Assembly (NCBI RefSeq): GCF_024502345.1
Contig: NZ_JALDNN010000001.1
Source: Escherichia coli
GTDB taxonomy: Bacteria > Pseudomonadota > Gammaproteobacteria > Enterobacterales > Enterobacteriaceae
Direction: 5' to 3' (one strand)
DNA: 64,000 nt
Positions 61,330 to 64,000 of the stretch are shown one piece after another; position 1 is the first letter of the stretch, and each line of letters begins with the position of its first letter. The position numbers and the translations under genes were made by a program. Under the pieces are notes generated by a model, which saw nothing but the letters and a program-made list of their open reading frames with translations, searched no databases and was not told the DNA's origin.

Positions 61330-62322
61330 ATGGTGAAATCGACGTCATGTATAACCATTGATTTCATGAATATGTCGCAGCTAACTGAACGGACCTTTAC
61401 GCCATCTGAATCTCTCAGCAGCCTGTCACTTTTTCTTAGTCTGGCACGTGGACAGTGTCGGCCGGGTAAATTCTGGCATCGCCGTAGTTTTCGCCAGAAA
61501 TTTTTGCTGCGCTCGTTGATTATGCCGCGTTTAAGCGTTGAGTGGATGAACGAACTTTCCCACTGGCCTAATCTCAATGTATTGTTAACGCGCCAGCCGC
61601 GACTGCCTGTACGTCTGCATCGCCCTTACCTTGCGGCGAATCTTAGCCGTAAGCAATTGCTGGAGGCGTTACGTTACCATTATGCGTTACTCCGCGGGTG
61701 TATGTCGGCGGAAGAATTCAGCTTATATTTGAATACCCCCGGGCTGCAACTGGCGAAGCTGGAAGGCAAAAACGGCGAGCAGTTCACGCTTGAGCTGACC
61801 ATGATGATCTCAATGGATAAAGAAGGTGATAGCACAATCCTGTTCCGCAACAGCGAAGATATTCCTCTGGCAGAAATCACGTTTACCCTGTGCGAATATC
61901 AGGGGAAAAGAACGATGTTTATTGGTGGACTGCAAGGCGCAAAATGGGAAATTCCACATCAGGAAATCCAGAATGCGACGAAAGCCTGCCACGGGCTATT
62001 TCCCAAACGCCTCGTGATGGAAGCGGCCTGTCTGTTTGCCCAACGTTTGCAGGTAGAGCAGATTATTGCCGTCAGCAATGAAACGCATATTTACCGCAGC
62101 CTGCGTTATCGCGATAAAGAAGGCAAGATCCATGCCGATTACAACGCTTTCTGGGAATCGGTTGGCGGCGTATGTGATGCTGAACGCCATTACCGCCTTC
62201 CAGCACAGATAGCACGAAAAGAGATTGCCGAAATCGCCAGTAAAAAACGGGCTGAATACCGTCGGCGCTATGAGATGCTCGACGCTATTCAGCCACAAAT
62301 GGCCACGATGTTTCGCGGTTAA
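61330..62322 (+). CDS. ybjX: VirK/DUF535-family protein YbjX
   Basis: ORF track, 330 aa. Start uncertain: in-frame ATGs at 61366 and 61372 (MNMSQLTERTF) are alternatives. Confidence 0.8.
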   Translation: MVKSTSCITIDFMNMSQLTERTFTPSESLSSLSLFLSLARGQCRPGKFWHRRSFRQKFLLRSLIMPRLSVEWMNELSHWPNLNVLLTRQPRLPVRLHRPYLAANLSRKQLLEALRYHYALLRGCMSAEEFSLYLNTPGLQLAKLEGKNGEQFTLELTMMISMDKEGDSTILFRNSEDIPLAEITFTLCEYQGKRTMFIGGLQGAKWEIPHQEIQNATKACHGLFPKRLVMEAACLFAQRLQVEQIIAVSNETHIYRSLRYRDKEGKIHADYNAFWESVGGVCDAERHYRLPAQIARKEIAEIASKKRAEYRRRYEMLDAIQPQMATMFRG

Positions 62323-63977
62323 TCCGCGCGACCGCGCGCCAGCCACAGCACGCGTGAGAACATTTTTTTCAGCAGCGTCGGTACGGAGTCCACACCACGA
62401 CGTCCGGCCTCCATTGCCACTTCAATGGCAAGATCGGGTTTGGAAGAGCGATGGATCGCTTTCGAGATAATTTTGCGCAGATTCATCGGTACATTTTCCG
62501 GGATTTGCGCCACGCGGTGGAACACATCGGAAAATCCCTGGCGATACATAAAATGTTCCATATCCAGCGCCGGTAACGCCGTTAAATGTTCTCGTTCGGC
62601 TTCCCGATCATTATTCAACAGGCTGCGTACCGTAGCGGCATATTTCTTCCCTGCTTCATCGCCATCGACCAGTACATGCCATTCAATCCCCATTCGCCGG
62701 GCAAATTTAACCAGTGGCTTTAGCCCGGACTGGGCAAACTCAATGACCTTGATCCCTTCGGCATCAAAATGATGTCCGCACTGACGCGCCAGTTCATTGA
62801 TAACCCAGGTTTCCGTTTCCCCTTCCACCAGCAACCAGCAGCGAGCAAACAGCGATGACGGACGATTAAAACGAATGTGAAAAGAGATGCGGCGGCTGTC
62901 TTCGGTGCTCAAGCCACTTGGCCCCAGACGCCAGGCGGCAACGCGCGAGGACTCACGTACCAGGCGGCAAACATGTTCCACTGGAGTTAACGAAAGCAGC
63001 TCGCCAGAGTTGGTGGTAGCAATACGTTGTAAAGGCAAAAGATTCAACAGATGCCAGGCAACTGAAAGCATAATGGGGTGTAAACGCGTTTCTGGATCTT
63101 CGATCAGCAACAATGGACGGGCGTCTTTATCCAGTCGCAATGTGCCTTTTGCCTGCAATAAAGTAGCAAACAGGCCGAGCAAAATAACCCGATACGAGCG
63201 CCCTCCAGGTCGGTCAATCATCCGGTTGATGATGTCCAGATAGCGCCAGCTTCGTTGCTCATTGCTGGCCCGCCGCCGCATTAAACGATATCGCGCCTGT
63301 CCAGCCCCCTGCTCAGAGAAATAATGCTCAAGCAACTGCACCATTGCGGAAAGTCCCTGACGAATCTGTCCATCAGAGAGATTTTGCGGATGTGAGGACA
63401 ACTCACGGGCGAGGAAATCGAGCTGGCGCGCGGTGACTTCCACATTGGGGACATTTGGCACCGTGCCGTTACGAATACGGCGCATAAAACGGGCATCACG
63501 CAAGCGCAGCACCGGCATTAAACGCACCAGATGGCGTGCCTGATCGTTAATATCCTCAACATCAATCGGATGTCCGTCTTTATCGAGAAAACTGCGCAGT
63601 GTCATCACGCTGCCGTCTTCCGCACTCTCCCCTTCCAGACGATAAAAAATACGGTGATAGCCATCGGTGCATGGCGTCCAGCACGCTTCCAGCGGCCGAT
63701 AACGGCGAACCCGATGTCGGCCTGGCAGCGATTCGCGGAAGGTCAAAATAATATGCAGATGATGTTCCCGACCGTTGATATCTCCCGGCGGGAACCAGAA
63801 ATCGTCGCGCTCAAAATGGTAGAGATCTGATTCTGGCGATAGCAGCAAGGTTAAGGCGTCCAGCAAGCTGGATTTACCCCACGCGTTCTCCCCAATCAGG
63901 ACGTTGTTTTGTTCCAGCATCAACGACAAACGGTTGATACCGCGAAAACCCACAATTTCAACGCGCTCAAGAATCAT
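62319..63977 (-). CDS. ybjD: OLD-family (overcoming lysogenization defect) ABC-ATPase/Toprim nuclease YbjD
   Basis: ORF track, 552 aa; N-terminal Walker A GENAWGKSS, D-loop/Walker B LLLIEDPETRLHP, C-terminal Toprim motifs LVEGETE and DGDEAG. Confidence 0.88.
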   Translation of the reverse strand: MILERVEIVGFRGINRLSLMLEQNNVLIGENAWGKSSLLDALTLLLSPESDLYHFERDDFWFPPGDINGREHHLHIILTFRESLPGRHRVRRYRPLEACWTPCTDGYHRIFYRLEGESAEDGSVMTLRSFLDKDGHPIDVEDINDQARHLVRLMPVLRLRDARFMRRIRNGTVPNVPNVEVTARQLDFLARELSSHPQNLSDGQIRQGLSAMVQLLEHYFSEQGAGQARYRLMRRRASNEQRSWRYLDIINRMIDRPGGRSYRVILLGLFATLLQAKGTLRLDKDARPLLLIEDPETRLHPIMLSVAWHLLNLLPLQRIATTNSGELLSLTPVEHVCRLVRESSRVAAWRLGPSGLSTEDSRRISFHIRFNRPSSLFARCWLLVEGETETWVINELARQCGHHFDAEGIKVIEFAQSGLKPLVKFARRMGIEWHVLVDGDEAGKKYAATVRSLLNNDREAEREHLTALPALDMEHFMYRQGFSDVFHRVAQIPENVPMNLRKIISKAIHRSSKPDLAIEVAMEAGRRGVDSVPTLLKKMFSRVLWLARGRAD

Positions 63978-64000
63978 ATCCCCTCCAGAAATATGTGACT

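Overview
This 64 kb window is a contiguous stretch of conserved Escherichia coli core chromosome, in reverse orientation to the usual K-12 map, running from mukB (partial, at the window start) to ybjD. I do not find a novel or undescribed system here. Gene identities come from recognising the translated ORFs; no database search was run, so reference protein lengths quoted are from memory. I call 49 protein-coding genes and one tRNA (serW, tRNA-Ser GGA): mukB-mukE-mukF-cmoM | elyC | ycbJ | kdsB-ycaR-ycaQ-lpxK-msbA-ycaI | ihfB | rpsA-cmk | ycaL | aroA-serC | ycaP | ycaO | focA-pflB-pflA | ycaK | ycaN | ycaM | ycaD | ycaC | dmsCBA | serS | rarA-lolA-ftsK-lrp | trxB | cydDC | aat | infA | serW | clpA-clpS | cspD | macBA | ybjX | ybjD. 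Gene order, gene lengths and intergenic sizes all look like an uninterrupted core region: there is no integrase, transposase, IS element, prophage remnant or CRISPR array. Several ORF-track entries are over-extended upstream of the real start (focA, pflA, ycaM, ycaI, ycaO, trxB, lrp, clpA, macA, cspD, dmsC, cmoM, mukE); the track also accepts GTG starts. The observations most worth a second look are: (1) ftsK encodes 1407 aa against about 1329 aa for the K-12 reference, with two 39-bp tandem-repeat arrays in the linker; (2) a perfect 20-bp direct repeat pair, each a small hairpin, just downstream of the serW terminator; (3) an AT-rich, rare-codon ycaK next to a divergent LysR regulator (ycaN) with a candidate operator dyad, inside a five-gene block of uncharacterised genes; (4) ybjD, an OLD-family ATPase/Toprim nuclease of unknown role. 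Everything else is known biology recovered from sequence.
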